DNA of 64,000 bases from an uncultured bacterium (GCA_965369655.1 CBDUQR010000003.1:1-64000); one strand, 5' to 3'; shown: positions 1-11,176, counted from the stretch's first letter. Translations and numbers: made by a program. Notes: generated by a model not told the origin, from the sequence alone.

Positions 1-12
1 TCATCCCGATCC

Positions 13-702
13 TTAACCATTATAAACCAATACGAAGAGAATATACAAGGGCAGAGGCAGCCTTGATCTCATCGGCAATTCCGTGACGCCGGCCCAGCAC
101 AGGCCACCTGTGATGCCGATAACGCACGACAACAGACCATAGAGTATGTAGTTTGCGGCTCCGATTCCCATCCACTCCCTGACATTGTTGCCGCCCCGAT
201 CGGCACCCCAACGACACCACGGCTCAAGCTCAACCATGCTGAACGGATGCTCACCTGCCGATTCCAGCTTTGCGATACGGCCGAGCAGCCTCGAAAGGGC
301 GACCAGTTCCACCGGTCCGCCACTCCGTTGCGCCCCGGCATGCGCCACCTCATCCGCATCGGAAATCCTTTCCAGCTCGAGAAACGCCAGAGCGCCGAAG
401 TACTCCGCCCCCCAGACCTGAACCGGATCCTCACTGTAACATTGCGCAGCCTGCACGGTCAGATGCGCTGAACTGGTTGCGGCAATATCATAGAGTAGTC
501 CCATTTTGATGTGGTGACTGCCAAGATAATACAGATCCTTCGCAGTCGGATTCTCAGATGCTTCGAGTTCCGCGATACGATCCGCATGCAACCATCCTGG
601 CTTCGGATCTCCGCAGGTCGAGCCTCTCGCGACTCCGGATGCAAGTGCGATTGTCAGCGCCGCGGACACGGCTATTGCGTATGTTCGAAGGCTGTGTATC
701 AT
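13..702 (-). CDS. Secreted hypothetical protein (helical, possibly TPR-like)
   Basis: ATG at 702 overlaps the TGA of the upstream gene (ATGA). N-terminus is signal-peptide-like (RTYAIAVSAALTIALASGVARG). C-terminal frame uncertain. Confidence 0.5.
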   Translation of the reverse strand: MIHSLRTYAIAVSAALTIALASGVARGSTCGDPKPGWLHADRIAELEASENPTAKDLYYLGSHHIKMGLLYDIAATSSAHLTVQAAQCYSEDPVQVWGAEYFGALAFLELERISDADEVAHAGAQRSGGPVELVALSRLLGRIAKLESAGEHPFSMVELEPWCRWGADRGGNNVREWMGIGAANYILYGLLSCVIGITGGLCWAGVTELPMRSRLPLPLYILFVLVYNG

Positions 703-3700
703 TTTAGCAACAACAGCTTGATCGACGACGTATGTGTCTGCGTCGACAGCTTTGCGAAGTATATCCCACTGGTTACATGGTTGCCGGCGCGATCCCTGCC
801 GTCCCATTCGAAGCGGTAGCTCCCGGCATGCATAAATTCATCGACGATGGTCACCACTCGCTGTCCAAGAATGTTGAATATATCAATCCTCACCTGCCCG
901 TCCATGGGCGTGTCAAATGCTATCGTTGTCGACGGGTTGAATGGATTCGGGTAGTTCTGATACATACTGTAATGGATCGGCTTTGTCGAAGCCGGATTCC
1001 TGCTCGCAGCAGCCACATGTTCAATCCTGCCCAAATAAATGACAAACCTTCCCGGCGGAAGTTGCCCCGGGCTTGGAACGGTGTATCTCGACTCGACGGT
1101 CATGTTCGTAACTGAACCTGTCACCAGATCGCGCAGAATCATCGACATCCCCGGCTCCGGAAGAGGCCTGGGTTCCCAGGCAAATGTCAGGTCCGACACC
1201 GCCTCGGGCGCGATTTCCAGATTGAATGTCTGGAGATCGGGAGTCCGCCTGATGTCACTGATGAATTCGCCATGCTCTTCGCTCCTGAGTACTATCTTCG
1301 GACTTCCACCAAAGAATGTGATCGGTCGACAATCCCTGATATCCGGACCATCGCTACCATAGGGACAGAGGCCGACTCTGACCTTGCCCTGATACTCTCC
1401 TGCTTCGATGAGCGCGATTGGCATGCTCCAGTCATTCCGTGGCGATGGTGACGCTGGAGTGTCTGGCGTATAGTGAGGATACAAATACAACGTCACGTTC
1501 GATTCTTCGGCATGAATGGCATAGCCCTTCCAGGGCTGCAACGGCAACTGATCGAAATCATAATTCGAGTCGCTCGCCCAACTGTCCGAACCGCTCTCTC
1601 CGCCAGACTTCTGCTTAATAAATGAAGTGACGCTATCTTGATCGCCACCGAGGTACACATCGAAGAAGAATGGATTGCCGATGAGATTCCAGCCTTGCTC
1701 AAGTTCGATTGGGAATGGGTCGACAGTTTCCTGTGTCAACCCTGAGGGCAGCTCCAAAGTGAAATCAGGATCGATATGCTTGAACCAGTATGCGGCTCCC
1801 GGAGCTATAGTATCCGAATGGCGAGAAAGTTGAAAGAACCCGTTGTCATCATACTCATAGAGACGCCACCTGTCCTTATCTTTATCCCCAGTGCTGGAAT
1901 CGCCTGAAAGCGCGCTAAAGACACTGTCTCGCCTGTCGCTGCTCAGGTCGCCCGGGATCGAGATCAGGTGCCACAGCGTATCCCAATCAAGAAGGCTGTC
2001 GTCAATGATATACCAGATATCAGCATCGAATGAACCCTGAACACCGATCCACGGTGTGGTGGTTGGATTACCCGCGACATCCAATATCCTGACTTTGGCC
2101 TCCCAGCCATATGTTCTCAAATCAACGGGGGTGAGAGCGCCATCCGGCGGTTCGACCTTCCACACGCCAACGTCAATAGAATTCAGTTCGGCGGCATCCC
2201 CTTCCACTGAATTCCAATCACCGCGCCGCCAGAAAGCTGTAATACTGTCACTGTCAATGCCGCTCCCGGCATCGGTGGCGTACACAAATACGCTCGAACC
2301 GCTGTCGCCGGTGACGATAGGACCCACAACAGGTAGAGTCGTATCGATCCCAACGCCAGTCAGCGTGAACTGATATGTTCTGAATGTCCCACAGTCACTC
2401 TCGATATCGAACGGAGCAACATATCCGTCATGACTGATTGTCAGTTCGGCGTTAGAAGCCCCCAGCAAATCCGGCGAAAAGCGAACTCCGATCTGTTGTT
2501 CTGAGTTACCCTGCATCTCTGGCGGATAGACCGGGTCTATTAGAGTAAACCCGTCACCAGTGATATACATCTCATTGATGGTCAACAGGCATTCCCCTGA
2601 ATTACGGAGCGTGAAGGTAGCGTCATTTGAATCATTGACATCCACCGAGCCGAAATCAAGTGTGCCCAGCGATTCCGTGTCGAGCATACCTGCGCATCCC
2701 CTTGCTTTGACGAAATCGAACGACTGCTCGAGAGCACTGTCTGGATTATCACTTAGCGCGTAGAAGATTGTCATTCCGAACTCCGCATCATCCCCAGTAT
2801 CCTGCGGGACGAACCTGTAACTGAACTCTTCAGAATTAGTTGGCCCCACACTAACGTTCGACAATTCACTAAGTGGAGGAACGAAGACAAACCAATCCGC
2901 ACTATCAGGCACAAGACTGTCGATAGTTGCATTATGACCGGAGATATTAGTAAAGGTACGCGTATGCGAATCGGATGTATCGCAGAGAGTCACCGGATCC
3001 AACTTATCGATTACATACGTTTGCCAGTTATATATGATACCAAGTCCGTTAAGAAGGGTAGTATCGCACGTCTCGACCACCGAATCAAAGATAACCAGTG
3101 TATCTGTGTATAACAACGTATTGTCAGGTGTAAACTCTATCGATAACTCAGATACCTCTCCTGTAGGTATGTACAATTGGAAAGAGTCAGGGATTACCTG
3201 ATACATACTCACACTGCTCGTGTAACTCCCAGGGAACGCTATGATGCTGTCAATGACATGAGTTACGGACGAGTTATTCCTGATCCAGATCGGCCGAGAC
3301 TCTGTACTATCCACAGCCACGCTCCCAATATCAACAGTATCCGGGACTGTTTCGCCGTTTGCCTCTTCCAGCACCACACACATGGCTTCGACGCCTGTCG
3401 CAGAAAGCGTCATAAGACTATCCACATAGGACGAGGTTTTTTCACCGATGTCTACACTATAGTAAACCAGAACTTCAGCGGAGACCTCTACCGAATCTCT
3501 CGGATGAGCACGGACAGTCAGCGCTAACTCAGTAATTTCGTCGAGACTCAGCGGAAAATCCGGCTCAGTTACTGTGAAATGCTCGGATACCGAATCAGCA
3601 GCAGCAAGAGCTATCGCGCTGTTGATCGATCCTGATAAGCTTGCGTCCTTCACGATGTTGAATGTGCTTGTGATCTCCACAAACGCGCGGCTGTCCGACA

Positions 3701-5657
3701 TGTTCACGTTACCGAAATCATGTTCTATATGATCAGGATCAAAAGACATCGCCATGGAGCTGCCGGTAAGTCCGATTGTAAACTCACCGGGTACACCACC
3801 AGCAGTGATCACGATATTGCCCGGGTCCTGTCCCGATTCAGTCGGTGTCCAGGTGACGGAGAAGTCTGCCGATCCATTATTCGGCACCGTGCCGCCATTT
3901 GGCACTATTTCGATTTCATCTACGTGCTCGAATGGATCGAGTATTACCTGCGTGTGCCCCGGGTTGGTTATTGTGAACACCTCTGGAGCACTGGTCTCTT
4001 CCACAAGAACAATTTCGAAATCTATACTATCCTTGTCAACATCGAGCCTGATCATTCTAATGAGCAGACTGGGGTCCGATGACCGTGGCGGCGTGCCGCT
4101 ATCGGTGCAACTAAAGTGGCCGTCGACGTAGAATGATGAATTCGGGTTTGTCGCCTGAATCGTGAAGATTCGACTCTCTCCAGCATCAAGCGTATCGGAA
4201 ACAGGCTGTATCGAGACCTCCGATGGCCACTGATGTGTGAAAACATAAAGAGGATAATCCCCATCCGGGTCAAATGCCCATTTATCCAGACCCTGAGAGG
4301 TTCCAACGCTGATCCCGATCGGGTTGAAATCGCCACCACGCCAACTCCACTTGTCGACAAAACCCCTGCTCCATTCCGGCGCCTGATTGGAATCAGAAAC
4401 CGTAATCTTGACTTCCTGATAGTCGGAGTCGGCATAGTCGAATGCCCAGAATGTGACCCAATACGTACCTTTCTCACCGTTCCTGGGGTGCCATTTGAAC
4501 TCACCAATCCCGTCGCCGGTCTGCGTAAGACTGGATTCGAGAATAGGAGTGCCGGTGGTATCAAGCCAAAGCCACACATAGTCCCCGTCGGCATCGGTCG
4601 CAGTTATGCTCTGACTGACTTCCTGGAGTTCCTTTGTCGCCATGTTGTCGACATGGTCCAGGACGGGAATCTGATTCGTGTTCTCCACATGCACGTTGAC
4701 TGTGGAGCAGACAACTTCACCGCATGCGTCATGGGAGCAGAATTCGGGGTAGTATGATCCAGAATCAGTGAATGATGGTTTCCAGGAGAAGGTACCGGTA
4801 CCATCGCCATGATCCTCAAAGGTTGCTTCGGCAGGAAGATCATTTACGACTATGCTGTCGAGATTACCGTCGGGATCGCCAGCAATGACCTGGAACGTGG
4901 AATCGAAGTCCTCGCGGAATTCTTCAGTCGAATTGACAGTAACCGACGGTGGCTCATTGACACCGACATCTACATTGAACGATTTCGTGCAAGTGGCACC
5001 ACATGAATCTGTACACATGATCTCGACTGTAAATGAAGCATCCCCCGATGGTGTATATTGCCAACTGTACGACCCACTGCTGCCGGTGAGCCATCCGTGC
5101 TCAGACACCATCTCACATTTCCAAAGATTGCCATCGCCGTCTGTCGGTGATATTTGCTGGGATATCTCTGCTCCTGTACACTGGAAAGTATCTATGTCGT
5201 ACAGATCACTGCAAACTGGCGCGGTGTTTGCACAGATGTCGATCTCGTAAGGGTTGGTTTCCGGATCTGATGCCGGAGTCGACACAATATCAGTAGCGTC
5301 TTCAGCAACGACGTAGTAGTAGACACTGTCATTACAGGCTACGCTATCGCCCGGTATAGAACCACAAAAGTCACTGCTAACCTTATCCATCGTGACATCT
5401 GTAAATGACTCCGACGCAGACGAACGGTAGGAAAGCGTGGCGGTGGGATTGCTCATGTTCTGGACACTGACACAGATATAAAGCGCGGCTGACGGCGGCT
5501 GGCACGAATCGCTGAGCTCGATTGTTGCCTGAGTTCGCTCGACAGTAGGATCCTGCGCCACTGCACCAGATACAACAGCCAGGGACAAAAACCCCACCAG
5601 CCAGATGACCCGGAGACTGATGCTGTCACCTATGGGGAGTATATACAACAACTTCAT
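699..5657 (-). CDS. Large secreted/surface protein with tandem Ig/cadherin-like and choice-of-anchor-D-like repeats and a C-terminal FlgD-Ig/T9SS-type sorting domain
   Basis: 1652 aa, signal peptide, acidic repeats (DPDGD/DADGD, 'DFGSV..S....TLRNSG'), C-terminus YQNYPNPFNPSTTIAF...WDGRD..G..V.SGIYF...KLLLLK. Confidence 0.85.
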   Translation of the reverse strand: MKLLYILPIGDSISLRVIWLVGFLSLAVVSGAVAQDPTVERTQATIELSDSCQPPSAALYICVSVQNMSNPTATLSYRSSASESFTDVTMDKVSSDFCGSIPGDSVACNDSVYYYVVAEDATDIVSTPASDPETNPYEIDICANTAPVCSDLYDIDTFQCTGAEISQQISPTDGDGNLWKCEMVSEHGWLTGSSGSYSWQYTPSGDASFTVEIMCTDSCGATCTKSFNVDVGVNEPPSVTVNSTEEFREDFDSTFQVIAGDPDGNLDSIVVNDLPAEATFEDHGDGTGTFSWKPSFTDSGSYYPEFCSHDACGEVVCSTVNVHVENTNQIPVLDHVDNMATKELQEVSQSITATDADGDYVWLWLDTTGTPILESSLTQTGDGIGEFKWHPRNGEKGTYWVTFWAFDYADSDYQEVKITVSDSNQAPEWSRGFVDKWSWRGGDFNPIGISVGTSQGLDKWAFDPDGDYPLYVFTHQWPSEVSIQPVSDTLDAGESRIFTIQATNPNSSFYVDGHFSCTDSGTPPRSSDPSLLIRMIRLDVDKDSIDFEIVLVEETSAPEVFTITNPGHTQVILDPFEHVDEIEIVPNGGTVPNNGSADFSVTWTPTESGQDPGNIVITAGGVPGEFTIGLTGSSMAMSFDPDHIEHDFGNVNMSDSRAFVEITSTFNIVKDASLSGSINSAIALAAADSVSEHFTVTEPDFPLSLDEITELALTVRAHPRDSVEVSAEVLVYYSVDIGEKTSSYVDSLMTLSATGVEAMCVVLEEANGETVPDTVDIGSVAVDSTESRPIWIRNNSSVTHVIDSIIAFPGSYTSSVSMYQVIPDSFQLYIPTGEVSELSIEFTPDNTLLYTDTLVIFDSVVETCDTTLLNGLGIIYNWQTYVIDKLDPVTLCDTSDSHTRTFTNISGHNATIDSLVPDSADWFVFVPPLSELSNVSVGPTNSEEFSYRFVPQDTGDDAEFGMTIFYALSDNPDSALEQSFDFVKARGCAGMLDTESLGTLDFGSVDVNDSNDATFTLRNSGECLLTINEMYITGDGFTLIDPVYPPEMQGNSEQQIGVRFSPDLLGASNAELTISHDGYVAPFDIESDCGTFRTYQFTLTGVGIDTTLPVVGPIVTGDSGSSVFVYATDAGSGIDSDSITAFWRRGDWNSVEGDAAELNSIDVGVWKVEPPDGALTPVDLRTYGWEAKVRILDVAGNPTTTPWIGVQGSFDADIWYIIDDSLLDWDTLWHLISIPGDLSSDRRDSVFSALSGDSSTGDKDKDRWRLYEYDDNGFFQLSRHSDTIAPGAAYWFKHIDPDFTLELPSGLTQETVDPFPIELEQGWNLIGNPFFFDVYLGGDQDSVTSFIKQKSGGESGSDSWASDSNYDFDQLPLQPWKGYAIHAEESNVTLYLYPHYTPDTPASPSPRNDWSMPIALIEAGEYQGKVRVGLCPYGSDGPDIRDCRPITFFGGSPKIVLRSEEHGEFISDIRRTPDLQTFNLEIAPEAVSDLTFAWEPRPLPEPGMSMILRDLVTGSVTNMTVESRYTVPSPGQLPPGRFVIYLGRIEHVAAASRNPASTKPIHYSMYQNYPNPFNPSTTIAFDTPMDGQVRIDIFNILGQRVVTIVDEFMHAGSYRFEWDGRDRAGNHVTSGIYFAKLSTQTHTSSIKLLLLK

Positions 5658-5706
5658 GATCCATTACCTCGTGTGTATCTTCTATCCTCTCTGGATTCAT
5701 CATCGC

Positions 5707-7275
5707 TCAAAATCTCACACTAATTCCAATCCATCCGGCCTTTGTCAAGGGATCCGGGAAATCCGGAGGGTCCCAATTGCGGTGGCCAGGTGGGGGTGTG
5801 TCTTCGCCTCTGGTGGCAAGATACGCAATGAGTCCCGCGATGCTGGCCACCGGCACGACCCCCCGGTTGATTCCGATGTCAGATCCCGCGACCGGACGCA
5901 TGAGAAACCGCCACGTTTTGGCAAGGAAACCGGGTCTCTTATCTATAGCATAGTCTTTCCATTCAAGTTGCCGTTCTTTCCGGATGGGCAGGTAGTCCAA
6001 GGGTGTCTCGTATGACGCTTTCGGCTTGAGCCGCCCGAAAAGAAGCGTGCGCTTCTGACCCTGAGAATAGCTGAACACCACGCTTTGCTTCACTATGCCA
6101 ACATCGCGCGGGAACGCGAAATCTCCGTCCCCTACGAGACCGAGCCAGTCGCGCTTCGCCGAAGCGAGCATCCATTCATACGGGTAGACCGATCTGAGCG
6201 GGTTCTGCGTTCTCTCGTCATAGAGCGAAACCAGGAGCCTCCTTCCATCAGGCAGCCATGCCGGGCCAAGATAGCGATCGATATTGGGAGCCACATATTC
6301 GACCGTCCTGCTGAATCTTGCCCCGCCAACCTTCGGATCGATCACGAGCGAATCTCCCCTGGTATCGATGCTGGCCAATCCCAGCCCATACTTATCGCCT
6401 TTGGGCTCGTCATCTGCTGACACCAGTCCCCCGGAAACATCGTATAGATAAAATGCAATCTCGGTCCCATTCGGGTTCCATGTCGGCGCGAAGTAGCCTA
6501 TGTTGGGATAGCCTTCCTCGAAACCGTAAGATTTCCCTCTAATTGCATCGAAGGCCATCACCTCGCAGGTGTGCTGTCCTTCGGGCACGTTGTTGTAAAG
6601 AAAGTACCCGGAATTCGGCACAGGGCACCAGACAGCTCCGAACTGGTCCCCCTCACCTGTGACAATCCTGGAGTGGGATTTCGCCACATCGGGAGAGACC
6701 GGGTTCTTGAGCACTTCCGGCATATTCCTTATGATTGCGATATTCGCGTCTCCCGATGTCGTTACCGTGTAAGTCAGACAACTGCCATCTTCGGACCAGC
6801 TCGGCCCCGACTTGCGACTGATTCCGACGCTGTCGTAGGTAGGCTTAAGCATATAGTATTCGTCTGCGAGTGCCTCGTAAAGGTAAAGCTCGAGATTGCC
6901 GGTCTGATTGCTCACAAACGCCGCCCAGAGCTTCCCACCTCTGCCGAGAATGGGCATCCAGGCAAGATCGCGGTCAATCGGGGCCTGACCTATCGGACCA
7001 TCGTCGAATTCGCCGGAGGAAAGCGGCGGTGTTACCCGGCGCTTCTGGCGAGTCTGGAGATTGAGAACATAGAGCTGAACCTCGGCTTCGCTTCGGACCT
7101 CGAAGGAAATCCATGACGTGTCGGCGGGATTCATTATTGGACGAGCAATCTGGCCGGGCATTTCCTCGGTATCGGCAAGGAGCCTCCAGTCGGAACGGAT
7201 CTCGACGTCACTCGCTGCCACGCTTGTAACCGCCAACAGCAGGCAAACCTGTAATAATACTGACAGCTTACGCAT
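5707..7275 (-). CDS. TolB-like (PD40) beta-propeller protein with C-terminal hydrophobic segment
   Basis: Signal peptide MRKLSVLLQVCLLLAV after an AAGGAG RBS. Repeated PSWSEDG/PTWNPNG/PAWLPDG motifs. Confidence 0.75.
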   Translation of the reverse strand: MRKLSVLLQVCLLLAVTSVAASDVEIRSDWRLLADTEEMPGQIARPIMNPADTSWISFEVRSEAEVQLYVLNLQTRQKRRVTPPLSSGEFDDGPIGQAPIDRDLAWMPILGRGGKLWAAFVSNQTGNLELYLYEALADEYYMLKPTYDSVGISRKSGPSWSEDGSCLTYTVTTSGDANIAIIRNMPEVLKNPVSPDVAKSHSRIVTGEGDQFGAVWCPVPNSGYFLYNNVPEGQHTCEVMAFDAIRGKSYGFEEGYPNIGYFAPTWNPNGTEIAFYLYDVSGGLVSADDEPKGDKYGLGLASIDTRGDSLVIDPKVGGARFSRTVEYVAPNIDRYLGPAWLPDGRRLLVSLYDERTQNPLRSVYPYEWMLASAKRDWLGLVGDGDFAFPRDVGIVKQSVVFSYSQGQKRTLLFGRLKPKASYETPLDYLPIRKERQLEWKDYAIDKRPGFLAKTWRFLMRPVAGSDIGINRGVVPVASIAGLIAYLATRGEDTPPPGHRNWDPPDFPDPLTKAGWIGISVRF

Positions 7276-7307
7276 ACGCTGATCTCCTTCTGTGCCGGCG
7301 ACTGCAA

Positions 7308-10045
7308 TCATCCGGATCTGCCGTGACGTTCGATCATATCCAGATACTTCCGCGCCTCGTCCACATATCGCTGTGAGCCGGGCACCCTGTCCAGAATACT
7401 CTTCTCCTGCATATAATTGATGAAATCGTGAGCTTCGATCCTTGCCTGTTGTCTAAATCTGGTTTCAGTGGGATTCTCGCGCCAGACCCTGAAGGCGCAG
7501 CGCACCATGATCAACTTAGCTTTCCACCAGTATGGAACCGCCTGCACAGCCGGAGCAAGCCCGCGCGCTGTTTTGTAATAGTCTCTTGATGTGCGCACGT
7601 CGAGAGTGGTCGTGTCCCAGCCATACGCTATCACCATTGTCGTATAGGCTCGGGCGTTCATGTCGGTAATCGAAACATCGACGGAGGTTGACGTGTTGAT
7701 CGCATTCTTGAGCTTCTCCTGCCACTCAGGCGTCGATATGTTGACTCCACTCTCGCCAGCCGAGACAATGAAAATCTTCAACGCGTCATGATAGTTGGGG
7801 TCGGAAGAAGCGACCTTCTCGCATATTTGCCATGCCGCCGAGTTCCCGTTTTCGAACTCGCTCCTGCAATAGTCGAATGTGTATTCATCAGACTCACAGC
7901 TCCCCGCAGCCACCAGATTTTGCAGGGATGACTCGAGTTGATCGAGTTTGCTCCGAGCTTCTTCACAGTTTGACTGTTCGAGAAACTCATTGAGCCTCCC
8001 AACGCTATCCGAGAGTTTCTCCTCGCACAGTGGATACTGCGCAAGCTCGCTCAGGAAGTTGTCCGCATCACGCTTCACTTCAAGACACGGCGTTTCAGCC
8101 TTGCATTCGATCTCCGATAAATTGCTTATCGCATTCCTGGCATGCCATTCAGCTTGCGAACACTCGCCCTCCGTGAGATGGCGCACCGTCTTCTGTACGG
8201 ATTCATTCGCCTCCTTGAAATGCACGTTCTCCGAGAGCACCACACCGTATCGCTCGCATTCCTCTATGATCGACGCCAGCATTGACTGGGCTTCGTCGGC
8301 GAGTTCTCTTTCGCTAACGCATGGAATTCCCTTCGTGCAACCGGGGCGTTTCGCCGCCCATATCGATAGAAAGCGGCGGAGTCGTCGTTTTCACAGGCGG
8401 TCTCAGCCAGCTGGAAAAATGACCTGCCTTCTTCGCGACAATCCGCTTCGAGCCCGTCTCTCAGGCCGCGAAGTTCCTGCAGCTCTGTATCAGCCACACA
8501 TCTCCATCGATGCGGTTCCGAAAGAGCCGTCATTGCATCGAGATGCTGATTAGCGGCAATCAGATGAGATTCGGCCCTGCCGTAATCGGCCAAACAAAGA
8601 TTCTCCAGAGCCTGATCACTCTCCCCCTCGAACAGGTTCCACAGGGTGTCGAAGCCTCTCCAGTCCCCCTTGACGTCCTTGATCAATTGCGCGGAATCTC
8701 TCTGCTCACCAATCCTTTCGCAATAGGACTTAAGTGGCTACGAATCCGACTTAATCGCCTCGTATGCTGTTGATGCAGTCTGATAATCCTGTTTGTTTAT
8801 CAGTTGTTCCGCATCTGCGATGTCATTGTCGATCGAGCCGCGTTTCTCGGGGCCGACGCAATCCGATGATTTGAGATCGGGCCATGATTCGGCGATCTCC
8901 CCCTGAGCATTCTCTATTGAAGATTTGAATATCTCGGTACGTATGTAATCGTATAACAGCTTGCCGACCAAAATCATGGCTGCCATGAAAACCAGGATTG
9001 CGACCGTCAGGCCGATCTTCCGCCACGGCAATGCCGGGCCTCTGACCACATCAACCTCACCGCGCCGCTCGATGTAGTCTCTTATGATGATTGAAGAATC
9101 TTTCCCCTTGAGTGCGCGATCGATATCCTGCTTAAGCTCCTGAACAGAAGAGTACCGTTCGGTTTCGTTCCTGGTGAGGCAGCGCTGAATGATGTTCAGA
9201 GTTCTTGAACTCGCATCGGTCAATCTCAAGTCCCGAAGCAGACGTGGCAAATCGTGACGGATGTACTGCACGATCAGTCTGCGATTCAATTCAGATGGAA
9301 TCAGATCTTCGTTCTCGACGAGCTTAAAGAGCAACAAACCGCAACTGAATATGTCGGCGTCGAGACCGTAGTAGGTGCTGTCCTCCAGTACTCTCCGCGA
9401 ACTATAGTTGAGAGACGCCTTGACACCCGCCTCCTCCGCGAGAGGCGAAGCGGTGGCCGTAAGGAAATCGGTCACCTTGACCGTGTACTCGAAATTCCTC
9501 GGGTCCTGCCCGATCAGCACATTCTCTGGTTTGAGATTGAGATGCGGAATGCCGGAGAGAAGTCCCCCGTCCGGGCTCTTCAGATGAGCGCTGTGCATGG
9601 CCGACAGAGCGTCGGTGAGAAGACTCATCACGGCGAGCGCTACCGACTCATCCAGGCCTCTGCGTTTCTCCCTGCGACGAAATCTGCTGACAAACTGGTC
9701 GAGATTCCATGCCGGATGTTCTTCACTGCCGAAAAATGGCCTCTCGATCACACGTTCTTCACCCCGGACCGAAAACCACTTGCCATCGGGAGCTTGCAGG
9801 GGGCCGATAAGCGCGGGATGCCCAATTGATTCGGCTGCGCGTCCGGCCAGCGTCAGCGCGGCGGTATACCATCCGAAGAAAACCTGGTTCTGCACAAAGG
9901 CCGGTCGCAGTACTTTCAGGGCGCGACGCTCACCCGACTGTAAGTGTCTGCACTCCCTGAACTCTCCGATAGGGCTCGGTCTGACGACCTCATCGGCGTA
10001 CCGTTGGGAGCCTGGAGAAGTAGAATCCATTCCACTACCATTCAT
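7308..10045 (-). pseudogene. Membrane Ser/Thr (pseudo)kinase with Cys-rich helical extracytoplasmic domain, split into three ORFs (8738-10045, 8264-8686, 7308-8282)
   Basis: Kinase motifs ALKVL, HLNLKPEN, TDF and DIFSCG, then a TM helix. The frame continues past TAG at 8738-8740 into the 8686 ORF, and a 1-nt shift near 8370 joins the 7308 ORF. Confidence 0.65.
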
Positions 10046-10267
10046 GAATCATGCCTCGCAATCCTGCGTCTTAAAGATCGCTTATGACTTGGCCTTAATG
10101 CCAAAACAGCTTGTCGTCCATAAACAAAACCGCCGGATAACAAAAGGACTGTCAAGCGTCATTGCTGAACTGTTAACGTAAATTATGATATACCACACCC
10201 AAAAGCAAGTGCTCCCGCAAGAAAGTGGAACTGAGCTGCCGATCCCACCTACCGATCAAAAAGATGG

Positions 10268-10296
10268 TTGACAAGGAATTTCAATGGCTTTAACTT
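10268..10296 (+). promoter_or_regulatory. Sigma70-like promoter for the T6SS operon
   Basis: TTGACA-N17-TAACTT about 225 nt upstream of the ompA-like start. Confidence 0.55.
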
Positions 10297-10519
10297 GCTG
10301 ACCGATCTTAGGGCGGGCCTTATTATAGAAGACAGGCGCCGATACAGTTGCCGCTCCGTGAAATGCGCGCGGGAGTGTAGTGGATGATCGAGCATGGATT
10401 GGTGATCCACTGTGGATGCCAGGGATGCTCCCGGCTTCGTTTTCATAAGGGCATTCGGTTTCAAGGGAGGGAGACCTTTCAGGTTCCTGTTATTAGCTGA
10501 AACATTTATTGAGGGTAAT

Positions 10520-11176
10520 ATGGCACGTGTATTGTCACGCAGGTATCAGTTAGCCATTCTCATTGTTGCAGCGTGTTTGCTGCTTCTTTTGATGTCGCCT
10601 GGCTGCGGCGCTCATAAGGGAGCTCAAACTCAGATCAGTTCCGAACAGGAGATTGCACGTCAGGGCAAGATGAACGAACTGGAGAGGAAAATCGAGACCC
10701 AGACATCGAGGATCAACAAGCTCATCTCCGGCATTCAGGACAGCGTCGTGCAGTGGCGTGGAACAACGCAGGCAAACATGCCGGCGGCCTACCGGCTGGG
10801 CCAGGTCGACACCCTGTTCTCTGAAGAGATCTACTTTGATCTCAATAATTTCAGACTGGACAGCGGCGATCGGATGACTCTGGACGGGGCTGCTCTGCAG
10901 ATGGCCGAGACGCCGTCAAGCATCATTGAGATCACCGGGCACGCCGATAAGTCGGGAGCCACGTTCTACAACTACCAGTTGAGCCAGCAGCGCTCCGATG
11001 CGGCGCTCAGGTATCTTCTCGAGCAGTATGACATTCCGTTGCATCGAATGTACTCGCTCGGATTCGGAACCGAGAATCAGAAGTATCCAAATGACGTTGG
11101 AAACAAGCCCAACAAGAATCGCCGTATTGAGGTCAGGCTGTTGCAGTTGTCGCAAAGTCAGCCCGTCATTCCGTAA
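10520..11176 (+). CDS. OmpA-family peptidoglycan-binding lipoprotein (TagL-like T6SS accessory)
   Basis: Lipobox-like MSPGC, OmpA motifs IYFD, ITGHADKSG..YNYQLSQQR and NRRIEV. GAGG RBS before ATG 10520. Confidence 0.85.
   Translation: MARVLSRRYQLAILIVAACLLLLLMSPGCGAHKGAQTQISSEQEIARQGKMNELERKIETQTSRINKLISGIQDSVVQWRGTTQANMPAAYRLGQVDTLFSEEIYFDLNNFRLDSGDRMTLDGAALQMAETPSSIIEITGHADKSGATFYNYQLSQQRSDAALRYLLEQYDIPLHRMYSLGFGTENQKYPNDVGNKPNKNRRIEVRLLQLSQSQPVIP

Noticed and set aside
8738-8740. Genome-wide TAG recoding or pyrrolysine
   Set aside because: TAG ends many intact conserved genes here (tssM, tssB, hcp, oadA, oadB) and no pyl genes are seen.
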